Assembly (NCBI GenBank): GCA_021808365.1
Contig: JAKBBU010000004.1
Span: 1-62,423, forward strand
Length of the DNA stretch: 62,423 nt
Direction of reading: 5' to 3'
From: Pseudomonadota bacterium
Lineage (GTDB): Bacteria > Pseudomonadota > Gammaproteobacteria > JAKBBU01
Shown piece after piece: positions 53,872 to 62,423 of this stretch; within the stretch, counting starts at the first letter, position 1; each line of letters opens with the position of its first letter. Both the position numbers and the translations under genes were made by a program. The notes beneath the pieces were generated by a model that worked only from the letters and a program-made list of their open reading frames with translations, did not search any database and was not told the DNA's origin.

Positions 53872-55179
53872 TTATACTTCTTTTGCCTTACAAAATGTCT
53901 CTCGAATAAATATCGTACAAACCAGCGCAAACATAAAGGCAATAGGCATCATCCAGAAGGCAAGATTAAAACTACTCGCAGAAAAAACGCGCACGCCATG
54001 ATCCATCGCACCGTCCCAATGCCAGTCGAGCAACCATCCAAACAGAGGTTCCGTAGTGCCACCGAGCATGATTAAGACAGATGCTACTGCTAATGATGTG
54101 GCTGTCAACGCATGTGAGGAACTTTCTGCGATCACAGGATAACCGATGACTTGAGACGAAGTGAAAAATCCAAGCAGAAAAAATAAAATGGATAAAGTAC
54201 CGTAACTCGGTAAGGGCAAATACATGATTGCTAAAATTGTAGCCAGCGATAATATTCCTCCGATGATCATTGGGCGACGACGTCGCCCAATGCGATCAGA
54301 CAGAAAACCAAAAATTGGTGGCCCCACAATTAAACCGAAAAAAAGAAGCGCAGATACATTGCTAGCTTGAACCTTATCGAGATGTCGAACTTGCATCAAA
54401 TAAAGCACACCCCACGTTTGCCCAAGCAAGAAAACAGGCAAATTAATGAAGCTCGTGTACAATCCTGCCAACCAAACTTGGGCATTACGGAGGGCTTGGC
54501 CAATGCTGCGCCAAAATCCGATTTCTTTGAGTAATTTATTTTCAGAGTGGAATCGTTCTTCATAATTTCTTGGATAATCGTGAACAACGCAGGAAATTAT
54601 AATTAAAAAGCCAACACCCAATGTTCCATTGGCCATCATTGCATGACGCCAGCTAATTTCTTTTGCCAACCATGCAAACGGTGTTTGCGCAATCATGCCA
54701 CCTAGCATCGCCATGGTCACAACCAAGCCTGTAATAATGGCCATTCGTTTTGGCGGAAACCAGCGTGAAGCAAGCTTTAAACAGCTCAGTAAGTTAAAAG
54801 CGCCACCTGCGCCTGTTAAAGCGTGAGCAATCATTGCAGTGGTATATGAATGAGTCCAGGCAAAAAGGTAAGTGGATGCAACACAGAGTGTCATCGCACA
54901 TAAGATGAGGCTGCGCGTGGAAACGCGATCGAGGATGACCCCCGCAGGCAGAAGAAATAAAACATACATGTAAAAATAGGTAGCAGAAAGATTACCAAAT
55001 TGCGCAGCGCTGATATTAAAATCGGCCATGAGATCAGTGCTGATCGCATTGAACATGCTCATTTGCACAAATTCATAGAAAAAGAAAAGCGCAGCACTGA
55101 GGCACACTACCCAGGGAAGATAAGCAGGTCCATATTGGCGATCAATGCGGCTTTCAAAATCGTTTTTTGTTGGGATCAA
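53872..55179 (-). CDS. MFS transporter
   Basis: 435 aa with 12 predicted TM helices. The MFS loop motif is GVILDRVSTR. Confidence 0.75.
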   Translation of the reverse strand: MIPTKNDFESRIDRQYGPAYLPWVVCLSAALFFFYEFVQMSMFNAISTDLMADFNISAAQFGNLSATYFYMYVLFLLPAGVILDRVSTRSLILCAMTLCVASTYLFAWTHSYTTAMIAHALTGAGGAFNLLSCLKLASRWFPPKRMAIITGLVVTMAMLGGMIAQTPFAWLAKEISWRHAMMANGTLGVGFLIIISCVVHDYPRNYEERFHSENKLLKEIGFWRSIGQALRNAQVWLAGLYTSFINLPVFLLGQTWGVLYLMQVRHLDKVQASNVSALLFFGLIVGPPIFGFLSDRIGRRRRPMIIGGILSLATILAIMYLPLPSYGTLSILFFLLGFFTSSQVIGYPVIAESSSHALTATSLAVASVLIMLGGTTEPLFGWLLDWHWDGAMDHGVRVFSASSFNLAFWMMPIAFMFALVCTIFIRETFCKAKEV

Positions 55180-55949
55180 ATTAACTCCAAAGCCATCTGC
55201 CCTTTTTCAGATTCACGAATTTGCTGCTTATATGCCTCAATGCTTGAATCAGATAAAATCTGCAAACGACTATCTCTTACTTCACCTTGAAGCGTTTCCG
55301 CTAAGGCACGTGCCGCATTCAGCATTAAATCCAATACAGCCATACCACCACCTGTCGATGCGGGCAAATGCATAAAAAGCGTTAAACCTCGGCAAGAAAA
55401 CCCATCAATTTGTTCGATATTAAACGTTCCTTCCGATGTTGCACTCGCTAAACTAAAAAGTACCGTCCCAAGCCCTTGCTGATCTTTGTGTCGATGAAAC
55501 AATTGCTTACTGCCAAAACGAAATCCTTCAGCCAAAATAGCTTGTAGCATTTCATAACCTTGAAATGGCTTATCCTTAGGGGCAGTCACATTAATGACAA
55601 GAATTTGATCGGAAAATTCAGGCGCAGATTTTTTACTGGGTCCAACAACGGATGTTTGACGGCGGAAAGTTTCTTGGCGAGGAAGCCGTTCTGAACTCAG
55701 TGGCTTTGTGATCTTAATTGCACTCTTCTCAAGCACTGCTTTTTTCTCAAGAGGCTCTGTGATCACACGAACAGGACCCAAATTGGGATCTTCAATATCA
55801 TTCAACTCTGAAAGCAAGGGATCCAACATCTCATTTTCCAAGGGCAAAAAGCTTTTTCGCCGACGACGCGATAAGCTGTCAACAACGAGAAATAACACAA
55901 CAAGCCCTGCTATGACAAAGAGCACTAAACGTATGTATTGAGCGTCCAC
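55176..55949 (-). CDS. zipA: Cell division protein ZipA
   Basis: It has an N-terminal TM anchor, a charged linker and a C-terminal FtsZ-binding-like domain. It lies immediately downstream of smc, as in other gammaproteobacteria. Confidence 0.8.
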   Translation of the reverse strand: MDAQYIRLVLFVIAGLVVLFLVVDSLSRRRRKSFLPLENEMLDPLLSELNDIEDPNLGPVRVITEPLEKKAVLEKSAIKITKPLSSERLPRQETFRRQTSVVGPSKKSAPEFSDQILVINVTAPKDKPFQGYEMLQAILAEGFRFGSKQLFHRHKDQQGLGTVLFSLASATSEGTFNIEQIDGFSCRGLTLFMHLPASTGGGMAVLDLMLNAARALAETLQGEVRDSRLQILSDSSIEAYKQQIRESEKGQMALELI

Positions 55950-55999
55950 TCCGATCTCCTTAAGAACCTTCTCTAATCATATTTAGATATAGTACATAA

Positions 56000-58900
56000 T
56001 TACGCCGTTGCGAGAGCAACAGCCGCTTCAACATCCACTGACACAATGCGCGATACGCCTGGTTCATGCATCGTCACACCAGAAAGATGATGAGCCATTT
56101 CCATCGTCACCTTATTATGGCTGATCACAATGAATTGCACCTTCTCTGCCATTTCTTTGACGAGATTACAGAAACGAAACACATTGGCATCATCCAGCGG
56201 CGCATCGACTTCATCCAACATACAAAACGGCGCCGGATTCAATTGAAACAAAGAAAATACCAAGGCCATTGCCGTCAACGCTTTCTCGCCACCGGAAAGA
56301 AGATGAATTGTACTATTTCGTTTCCCGGGTGGCTGTGCCATCACCGTAATCCCTGTATTTAACAGATCATCCCCTGTCATTTCAAGGTAGGCACGACCTC
56401 CACCGAAAATTTTAGGAAAAAGCTGCTGCAGTCCTAGGTTAACTTGGTTAAATGTTTCCTCAAATCGGACCTTGGTCTCTTTATCGATCTTTTCAATGGC
56501 TTGTTCCAAAGTTGCCAAAGCTTCTTCAAGATCGGCATTTTGTTGATCGAGATAAGTTTTGCGCTCTGCTTCTGTTTTTAATTCTTCAATCGCTGCCAAA
56601 TTGATCGCACCGAGGCGCGCGATTTTCTCTTCAACTCGCGTTAACTCAGCTTCATGTTCTTGCAGCGTTGCGTCTTCCGGCATTTGGGCCATCAAGGCTT
56701 CGAGCACATAATTCATTTCTTGAAGCTGTTCTTCAATCGTTTGGCGGCGCACTTGAAGTTCTTGCCACTCCATACGAACCGCATCGCTTTGCTGGCGCAG
56801 TGTTTGAATTCTACTTTCTACATGTTGTCTCGTTTGTTCACACGTACGTAATTGATGCTCAACTTCTTCTAAGTGTTTGCGTGCCTGCGCTAAATCCGCT
56901 TCAACCGTTAAGTGATCCGACAACGCTAGTTCTAATTCTTCTTGCAAGCCCTCAATGGGCGCTGCATTTTCAACAATCATATTTGCAAGCACCGCCTTGC
57001 GTTGCTCTAAATGAGCTAATTGCTGCAGGGTTCGTGCATAATTTTGTTCGAGGGATTGAAGTTGTGTGCGATGCCCTTGCACCCGCAAATTAAGTTGATG
57101 CAGCGCTTCACGATTACGCTTGGATTGATCGCGCGCTTGATCAACGTCTTGGCGACATTGATCACGCTGCATTGATAATTCCTGACGCATTTCATTTTTT
57201 TCATCGAGCGATTCTAACGCTGCTTCCCAACGATGACGCGCTTTTTCTAAATCGTCCTGATACATCATGCGGCGTTCTTGTTGCTCTTCGCGTTCTTGTT
57301 GTAATTCTTCAAACCGTTTACGCTGATGTTCCAAGCGGGTTTGTTGAACACGCAATTGCGCGCGTGCATCGGAAAGTTGTGTGCCTAATTGATTCAAATT
57401 TCTTTGAAGACGTTCACGTTCTTGCTCGAATTCTTGCAAATTTAAACGCCCTTCCTCGAGCGCTTCATTTTGTTGGCGATCTTCTTCTTGCAAGGCAAGC
57501 AATATCGACGCTAAATGTTGTAATTCTTTTTCACGCGCAATCACGCCTGCTTTCGCATCACTGGTCCGATTTAATCGTGCCCAGCCATGGCCTAACCAAA
57601 GTGCATCGCTTGTAATCACGGATTCATGAGGCAATAATTGTTTTGATAAATCCAGTGCAGTGCCGAGATCATCGGCCACATACACATAAGCTAAGCTTGC
57701 CACCCATTCTTGGTTTGCGTGAACAGAGTCGAGTAAAGTTTTGCCTAATCGACCTTGCGTATTTTCCGCAGATGTTGCAGCAACTAAGCCCAATTGACCT
57801 TTTTCAAGTGCAGGTAATACGCCAGCAAATTCACTAAGATTTGCCACACAAATGGATTGAAGATGAAAACCTAAAACTGTTTCAACGGCAAATTCCCAAC
57901 CTGACTCAACCTGTAATTTTTGTGCAAGCCGAGGATGATCGGCCAACTTTTGCGTTTCAAGCCATTGAACCGTACCATCTTCTTGCTGCCCAAGCGCTGC
58001 TTGTTGGAGCGCTTCCAATGAAGCATACCGCCCTTGCTGTTGTTGTAAATGCGTTCTGCGTTGCGCAATGTCATTAACGCGCTGATCATTGGCTTGGCGT
58101 AATTCAGTAATTTGTCCACGGAGGATCTCCATCCGTGAACGCTCTTCTTCTTCCTGCTCCGTGAGTACAAGAATATTTTCATTGAGTGATTCAAGTGTGT
58201 CGTCTAGGGGATTTTCTTCTAAACGCGCTAATTCTTCTTGCTTGCGTAATAAAGCGCGATCAAGACCGTCGATTTGTTCTTCTAAATGTTGGATACGCGC
58301 CTGCATGACTTGCGCTTCGCGCTGCACTTCGCTAGAACTCTGATTGAATTCATCCCAGCGCATTTGCCAATCTTGCATCGTTGATTCGACTTCAACAAGA
58401 CGCGCATGTGATGTTTCACTTTGTTGTTCAGTTAATTCCAGTTCAGGAATCATGGCCTCTAATTCTTCGCTTAGACGGCTTTTTAAACCTTGATCTTGGC
58501 GTTCATGCACTTTAAGTGCTTCCAAATCACGTTCAACGTCTGCTTGATCCTGCGTCCATTGCGCACCACGCTCACGATGATGAGCCAGTGTTTGTTCCAA
58601 ACGTGAAATTTGTGATCCAATTTTGTAGAACCGTTCTTGCACACGATTAAATTCATCGCCCGCATCAATTTGGGATTCCCGCAATTGTTCGCCAACAGCT
58701 GCTGCACGGCTGAGCTCGGTATTCGCCGCTTCAATTGCTAAATCTTTTTCTTGCACATCCGTTTGCAAAAATTCTAAACGCTCTGAAAACGCTTGATAAC
58801 GCAGCGCGTATAATTGGCCTTTCAATAATCCTGCTTCTGCTTTAAGTTCATTAAATCGCTCAGCGGCACTGGCTTGGCGTTTTAAACGCTCAAGTTGTTT

Positions 58901-59506
58901 TTCAAGTTCTTGGCGTAGATCGCTGAGGCGATCGAGATTTTCACGCGTATGACGGATCCGTGTTTCCGTTTCACGCCGACGTTCTTTGTATTTAGAAATG
59001 CCCGCCACTTCTTCAAGGTATTGGCGCAACTCTTCGGGTCGTGCTTCGATCAAACGCGAAATCGTTCCTTGCTCGATGATGGCATAGCTTCGGGGCCCTA
59101 GTCCTGTGCCCAAAAAAAGATCAGTAATATCTCGCCGACGGCAACGTGTATTATTCAAAAAATAAGTGGATTGCCCATCACGAGTCAGTTGGCGGCGCAC
59201 ACTGATTTGGGCATAAGCGGCGTATTCGCCCCCGAGGCTACCATCAGAATTATCAAAAATAAGCTCAATGCTGGCTTGGCCGACGGGTTTTCGGCCTGTT
59301 GATCCATTGAAAATGACGTCGACGAGAGAATCGCCACGCAGATTTTTTGCAGAGCTTTCGCCCATGACCCAGCGCACTGCATCGATGACATTGGATTTGC
59401 CACAGCCATTTGGCCCTACAATCACAGTGATTTTGCTTGGAAGAAGGACCTTCGTGGGATCAACAAAGGATTTAAAGCCAGATAGATTGATTTGTATCAG
59501 TCGCAC
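56000..59506 (-). CDS. smc: Chromosome partition protein Smc
   Basis: 1168 aa. Walker A GPNGCGKSN, long coiled coils, a hinge, the signature LSGGEKALTAMA and Walker B MLDEVDAPLDD are present. Confidence 0.95.
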   Translation of the reverse strand: MRLIQINLSGFKSFVDPTKVLLPSKITVIVGPNGCGKSNVIDAVRWVMGESSAKNLRGDSLVDVIFNGSTGRKPVGQASIELIFDNSDGSLGGEYAAYAQISVRRQLTRDGQSTYFLNNTRCRRRDITDLFLGTGLGPRSYAIIEQGTISRLIEARPEELRQYLEEVAGISKYKERRRETETRIRHTRENLDRLSDLRQELEKQLERLKRQASAAERFNELKAEAGLLKGQLYALRYQAFSERLEFLQTDVQEKDLAIEAANTELSRAAAVGEQLRESQIDAGDEFNRVQERFYKIGSQISRLEQTLAHHRERGAQWTQDQADVERDLEALKVHERQDQGLKSRLSEELEAMIPELELTEQQSETSHARLVEVESTMQDWQMRWDEFNQSSSEVQREAQVMQARIQHLEEQIDGLDRALLRKQEELARLEENPLDDTLESLNENILVLTEQEEEERSRMEILRGQITELRQANDQRVNDIAQRRTHLQQQQGRYASLEALQQAALGQQEDGTVQWLETQKLADHPRLAQKLQVESGWEFAVETVLGFHLQSICVANLSEFAGVLPALEKGQLGLVAATSAENTQGRLGKTLLDSVHANQEWVASLAYVYVADDLGTALDLSKQLLPHESVITSDALWLGHGWARLNRTSDAKAGVIAREKELQHLASILLALQEEDRQQNEALEEGRLNLQEFEQERERLQRNLNQLGTQLSDARAQLRVQQTRLEHQRKRFEELQQEREEQQERRMMYQDDLEKARHRWEAALESLDEKNEMRQELSMQRDQCRQDVDQARDQSKRNREALHQLNLRVQGHRTQLQSLEQNYARTLQQLAHLEQRKAVLANMIVENAAPIEGLQEELELALSDHLTVEADLAQARKHLEEVEHQLRTCEQTRQHVESRIQTLRQQSDAVRMEWQELQVRRQTIEEQLQEMNYVLEALMAQMPEDATLQEHEAELTRVEEKIARLGAINLAAIEELKTEAERKTYLDQQNADLEEALATLEQAIEKIDKETKVRFEETFNQVNLGLQQLFPKIFGGGRAYLEMTGDDLLNTGITVMAQPPGKRNSTIHLLSGGEKALTAMALVFSLFQLNPAPFCMLDEVDAPLDDANVFRFCNLVKEMAEKVQFIVISHNKVTMEMAHHLSGVTMHEPGVSRIVSVDVEAAVALATA

Positions 59507-59572
59507 GAACTACATCTCGGTAAATTACCAACCGCTATTCTAGCGTGAATGGGCTTGGGTTTCTACTGCGCC

Positions 59573-60328
59573 TTATGAATGTGCCCGAAAAATCAAACTG
59601 GCCATCCGGCCAGTTTTTCCCTCTCGTCGATAAGAAAAAAAACGTTCTTGATCACTGAATGTGCAGTAATTTTCTGTGTAAATTGCATTTAATCCCAAAG
59701 CTTGTAACCGTTGTTTCGCTAATTCATACAAATTTGCGTAATAACGATCTTCACGTCCTTTTGAAAAAGCTTGCGCCGCTTTTGGATCATCCTTGACAAA
59801 AGCTTGATAAACCTCAGGCCCCACTTCATAAGCCGAAGGCCCAATAGCAGGTCCCAACCAAGCCATTAATTTTTGCAGCGGACAATTCATGGCTTTAACA
59901 ACGGCCTCAAGCACACCTGCCTGCAAACCCTTCCAACCCGCGTGGGCAGCTCCAATGACATCACCTTGTTTGGAACAAAATAAAACAGGTAGACAATCGG
60001 CTGTTAAAATTGCACAGATCGTATTGGGCTCCGTGGTGTAACTTGCATCGGCTTGTGGGGCTTGTTCTGCGATATTCTTTGCCAAAACCACATTTGTACC
60101 ATGAACTTGATCCAGCCAATAAGGTGGATTTGGAAGACAAAGACGATTCTCGAGCTCTGCTCGATTCTGCAATACAACAGAAGGATCATCACCCACATGC
60201 AAACCCAAATTCAATGAATCATAAGGCGCTTGACTGTAACCACCACGCCGCGTTGTCGTACCGGCAATAATCCCCTTGGGCGCAGGCCAATTTGCTCGAA
60301 TAAAGAAATCGGGTTGTGTTTTTTGCAT
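59573..60328 (-). CDS. pgeF: Peptidoglycan editing factor PgeF (YfiH/laccase-domain family)
   Basis: The start was set at MQKTQPDF. TADCLPVLF and GAAHAGWKG are typical of the family. Confidence 0.85.
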   Translation of the reverse strand: MQKTQPDFFIRANWPAPKGIIAGTTTRRGGYSQAPYDSLNLGLHVGDDPSVVLQNRAELENRLCLPNPPYWLDQVHGTNVVLAKNIAEQAPQADASYTTEPNTICAILTADCLPVLFCSKQGDVIGAAHAGWKGLQAGVLEAVVKAMNCPLQKLMAWLGPAIGPSAYEVGPEVYQAFVKDDPKAAQAFSKGREDRYYANLYELAKQRLQALGLNAIYTENYCTFSDQERFFSYRREGKTGRMASLIFRAHS

Positions 60329-60459
60329 GTTATGTCCTGAAAATGCGTACCATAACCCATTTTTTGAATGAACAATACCTTTACTCACCTAAGACAACAG
60401 GACTTCTCTTTCTAAAATAAAAGCGTTAACATTCTCCTAAATTTAATCTAGGAAATATC

Positions 60460-61296
60460 ATGACCGTTCACTATGCCGTAATGGGTAACCCCATCGCACA
60501 CAGCAAATCACCCCTCATTCACCGTCTTTTTGCCAGCCAGTTGGGAGAACCCATTATTTATGAAAAAATTCTCGTCCCGATCGGCGGATTAAAACAAGCG
60601 ATTGCTGAATTTCAAGCGCAAGGTGGTAAGGGTTTAAATATTACACTCCCCTTTAAAGAAGAAGCGTTTGAATTGGCTGAGGAACTAGGTGCTGTTGCTC
60701 GACTTGCAGGTGCCGTAAATACACTAACGTTTGGCAAAAAATTACAAGGTGATAATACCGATGGCATCGGTTTATTGCGCGATCTCGAACAAAATAAAAA
60801 AGTCGTTGTCGACAATAAAAAGATTTTAGTTCTCGGTGCTGGTGGTGCAGTTCGCGGTATTTTACCCGTTTTATTAAGCTGCAAACCGGCGAACATTGTG
60901 GTTGCAAACCGTACTTTAGAAAAAGCCCGTATCCTTGTGGAGCGCTTTAAACATTTAGAATCCCCTATCACGGCTGTCGATTTCAATCATATTCCTCACG
61001 AAAAATATGATCTGATTTTTAATGGGATCTCAAGTCATTTATTAAAAGAAGCAGGGCCTGAACTTCCCTCAACATTAATTCATGACCAAGTCGTCGCTTA
61101 TGATCTTGTATATGCCGATGAACGAACACCTTTTGAAAATTGGGCACTAGACAATGGTGCAACTCGGGTCTTTAATGGACTGGGTATGTTAGTTGAACAG
61201 GCTGCGGAATCTTATTTTATATGGCGAGGACAACGGCCTAATACAGAACCGGTTATTCGTGCGTTGTCCTCACCACCCTGTCATCCCGGGATTTAG
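60460..61296 (+). CDS. aroE: Shikimate dehydrogenase
   Basis: VMGNPIAHSKSPLIH, NITLPFKE, NTDGIG and LGAGGA are present. The last ~8 codons and the stop lie inside the repeat that starts at 61280. Confidence 0.9.
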   Translation: MTVHYAVMGNPIAHSKSPLIHRLFASQLGEPIIYEKILVPIGGLKQAIAEFQAQGGKGLNITLPFKEEAFELAEELGAVARLAGAVNTLTFGKKLQGDNTDGIGLLRDLEQNKKVVVDNKKILVLGAGGAVRGILPVLLSCKPANIVVANRTLEKARILVERFKHLESPITAVDFNHIPHEKYDLIFNGISSHLLKEAGPELPSTLIHDQVVAYDLVYADERTPFENWALDNGATRVFNGLGMLVEQAAESYFIWRGQRPNTEPVIRALSSPPCHPGI

Positions 61297-61427
61297 TGGT
61301 TCTTAGCGAGTACTCTCGCTTTAGAACCACTTACATACCCGGGATCCAGAAAATAAAAAAAGATTTTTTCATTAAAAAGAAAAAATCCTTTTTTATAAGA
61401 CTGGATTCCCGCCTCCGCGGGAATGAC
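61280..61427. repeat. Composite GC-rich repeat (gtcatcccggg... palindrome plus ggattcccgcctccgcgggaatgac)
   Basis: It contains the palindrome agtggttcttagcgagtactctcgctttagaaccact flanked by cccggg. It then carries ctggattcccgcctccgcgggaatgac, whose translation (PAEAGIQ / RGNDG) creates the spurious ORFs at 61293-61607 and 61296-61478. Confidence 0.75.
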
Positions 61428-61455
61428 GGGGAAAAAATAATTCATTGCGTGAATT

Positions 61456-62316
61456 TTAAAACCCTGAACTCCTTCTGATTTGATCCACAGAAATACGAAT
61501 ATTCCCTTCTGAATCAGTCGACGACAACACAGGCTCGCTACCCCAGGCATGGCCATAAATAATTTCATACGTTGCAGGAATTTTATCGTCAATACGATAT
61601 TGTTCATAGTGATCTAAACACGCTTTGAGTTTTTCGGGCGAAATTAAACCTTTTTTACGATCAATCTGCGTCACATGCGAACCCAATGTTTTTAATTCAC
61701 GCATCAGTTCAAGCGCTTCTGAATAATGCAATGAAAAATAATCCACATCTAAAATAGGCTCCGCAAATCGACAACGCACCAGTAAATCCCCCAGATCATG
61801 CATATCGATAAAAGTATTCACGTGCGGATGCGAATCCACTGCACGCCATGATTCACGAAGTTCACACAATGTATCGGGACCAGGCACCGTAAAGACTAAA
61901 AGACCTCCAGGCGCAAGAACACGATGCAATTCGGCAAACAGTACGGCTTGATCTGTTTCCCAATGCAGCGCCAAATTTGAAAAAATTAACTGAACGGATT
62001 GATCCGCAAACGGCAATTGCTTCATATCGGCCTGAACCAGATCGCAATCATGCCGTAGCAAGGCCAAGCGCGTCATGCCTTCTGCTAAATCTAAACCAAT
62101 CACTTGTGCTTTTGGATAACGTTGCTGCAAAGGTTCGAGTGCTGATCCTGTTCCACACCCGACATCAAGGATGACTTTAGGATCAATCTGCACAAAATCA
62201 AGGCGCTCTATCAAACGTCGGCTCACTTCATGCTGCAGATGCGCGACTTGATCATAATGCTGGGCTGACTTGCTAAAACGCTTGGCCGTTTGTTGTCTTT
62301 TTGTTTTATTATTCAA
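61456..62316 (-). CDS. bioC: Malonyl-[acyl-carrier protein] O-methyltransferase BioC
   Basis: FSKSAQHYDQVAHLQHEV is a BioC-type N-terminus. The SAM motif ILDVGCGTG is present, and so is FSNLALHW. Confidence 0.8.
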   Translation of the reverse strand: MNNKTKRQQTAKRFSKSAQHYDQVAHLQHEVSRRLIERLDFVQIDPKVILDVGCGTGSALEPLQQRYPKAQVIGLDLAEGMTRLALLRHDCDLVQADMKQLPFADQSVQLIFSNLALHWETDQAVLFAELHRVLAPGGLLVFTVPGPDTLCELRESWRAVDSHPHVNTFIDMHDLGDLLVRCRFAEPILDVDYFSLHYSEALELMRELKTLGSHVTQIDRKKGLISPEKLKACLDHYEQYRIDDKIPATYEIIYGHAWGSEPVLSSTDSEGNIRISVDQIRRSSGF

Positions 62317-62423
62317 GTCCTCTCACCTATGTATAAAATAATAACAGTTTGTTGATTCATAAAGCTTTTTTTGTTGAAAATCATCCACGCGGTGGTTGAT
62401 TTTCACATCAATTTAACAAGAAA

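Noticed and set aside
56066-59543. Many 62-147-aa ORFs overlapping smc on both strands
   Set aside because: The repetitive coiled-coil codon usage of smc keeps alternative frames open. None has motifs or an RBS.
61293-61607. 104-aa minus-strand ORF (and the 60-aa plus-strand ORF 61296-61478)
   Set aside because: Both are composed of repeat-derived sequence (PAEAGIQ / LRGNDG strings) and overlap the 3' end of bioC. They are typical phantom ORFs.

Overview
This is a chromosomal segment from a Legionellales-like gammaproteobacterium, inferred from gene content only; no database search was possible. The backbone is housekeeping: surE-rpoS, hprK-hpf, rluC, tldD, msrBA, gshA-like/gshB, recG, dapB, slt, an Mla/Mce-type ABC operon, folD, nagZ, hpt, MTAP-like, prpD, waaA, galE, deoB, zipA-smc, pgeF, aroE and bioC. 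Two sub-clusters of a Dot/Icm type IVB secretion system are embedded in it. One is dotD-dotC-dotB plus a translationally coupled LysM/TsaP-like gene, divergent from icmT-icmS. The other is icmV-dotA-orf-icmW-orf-icmX. The accessory content has five parts. (1) An IS3-family element whose transposase is split by a complete group II intron. (2) An AT-rich ankyrin-repeat gene. (3) A 1.5-kb islet between two tRNAs that carries one orphan coiled-coil gene. (4) A Phd/YefM-VapC toxin-antitoxin pair. (5) Several families of small palindromic, MITE/REP-like repeats. One repeat family has long complementary arms, perfectly complementary in the three best copies, around a conserved asymmetric 8-nt centre. 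That centre reads GUGUUGUG in the sense of the flanking co-directional genes in every copy seen. Other repeats insert in frame into a lipoprotein signal peptide, donate stop codons or C-termini to genes, or form tandem modules ending in terminators that may be sRNAs. No CRISPR array, rRNA, prophage or recognisable defence island was seen.
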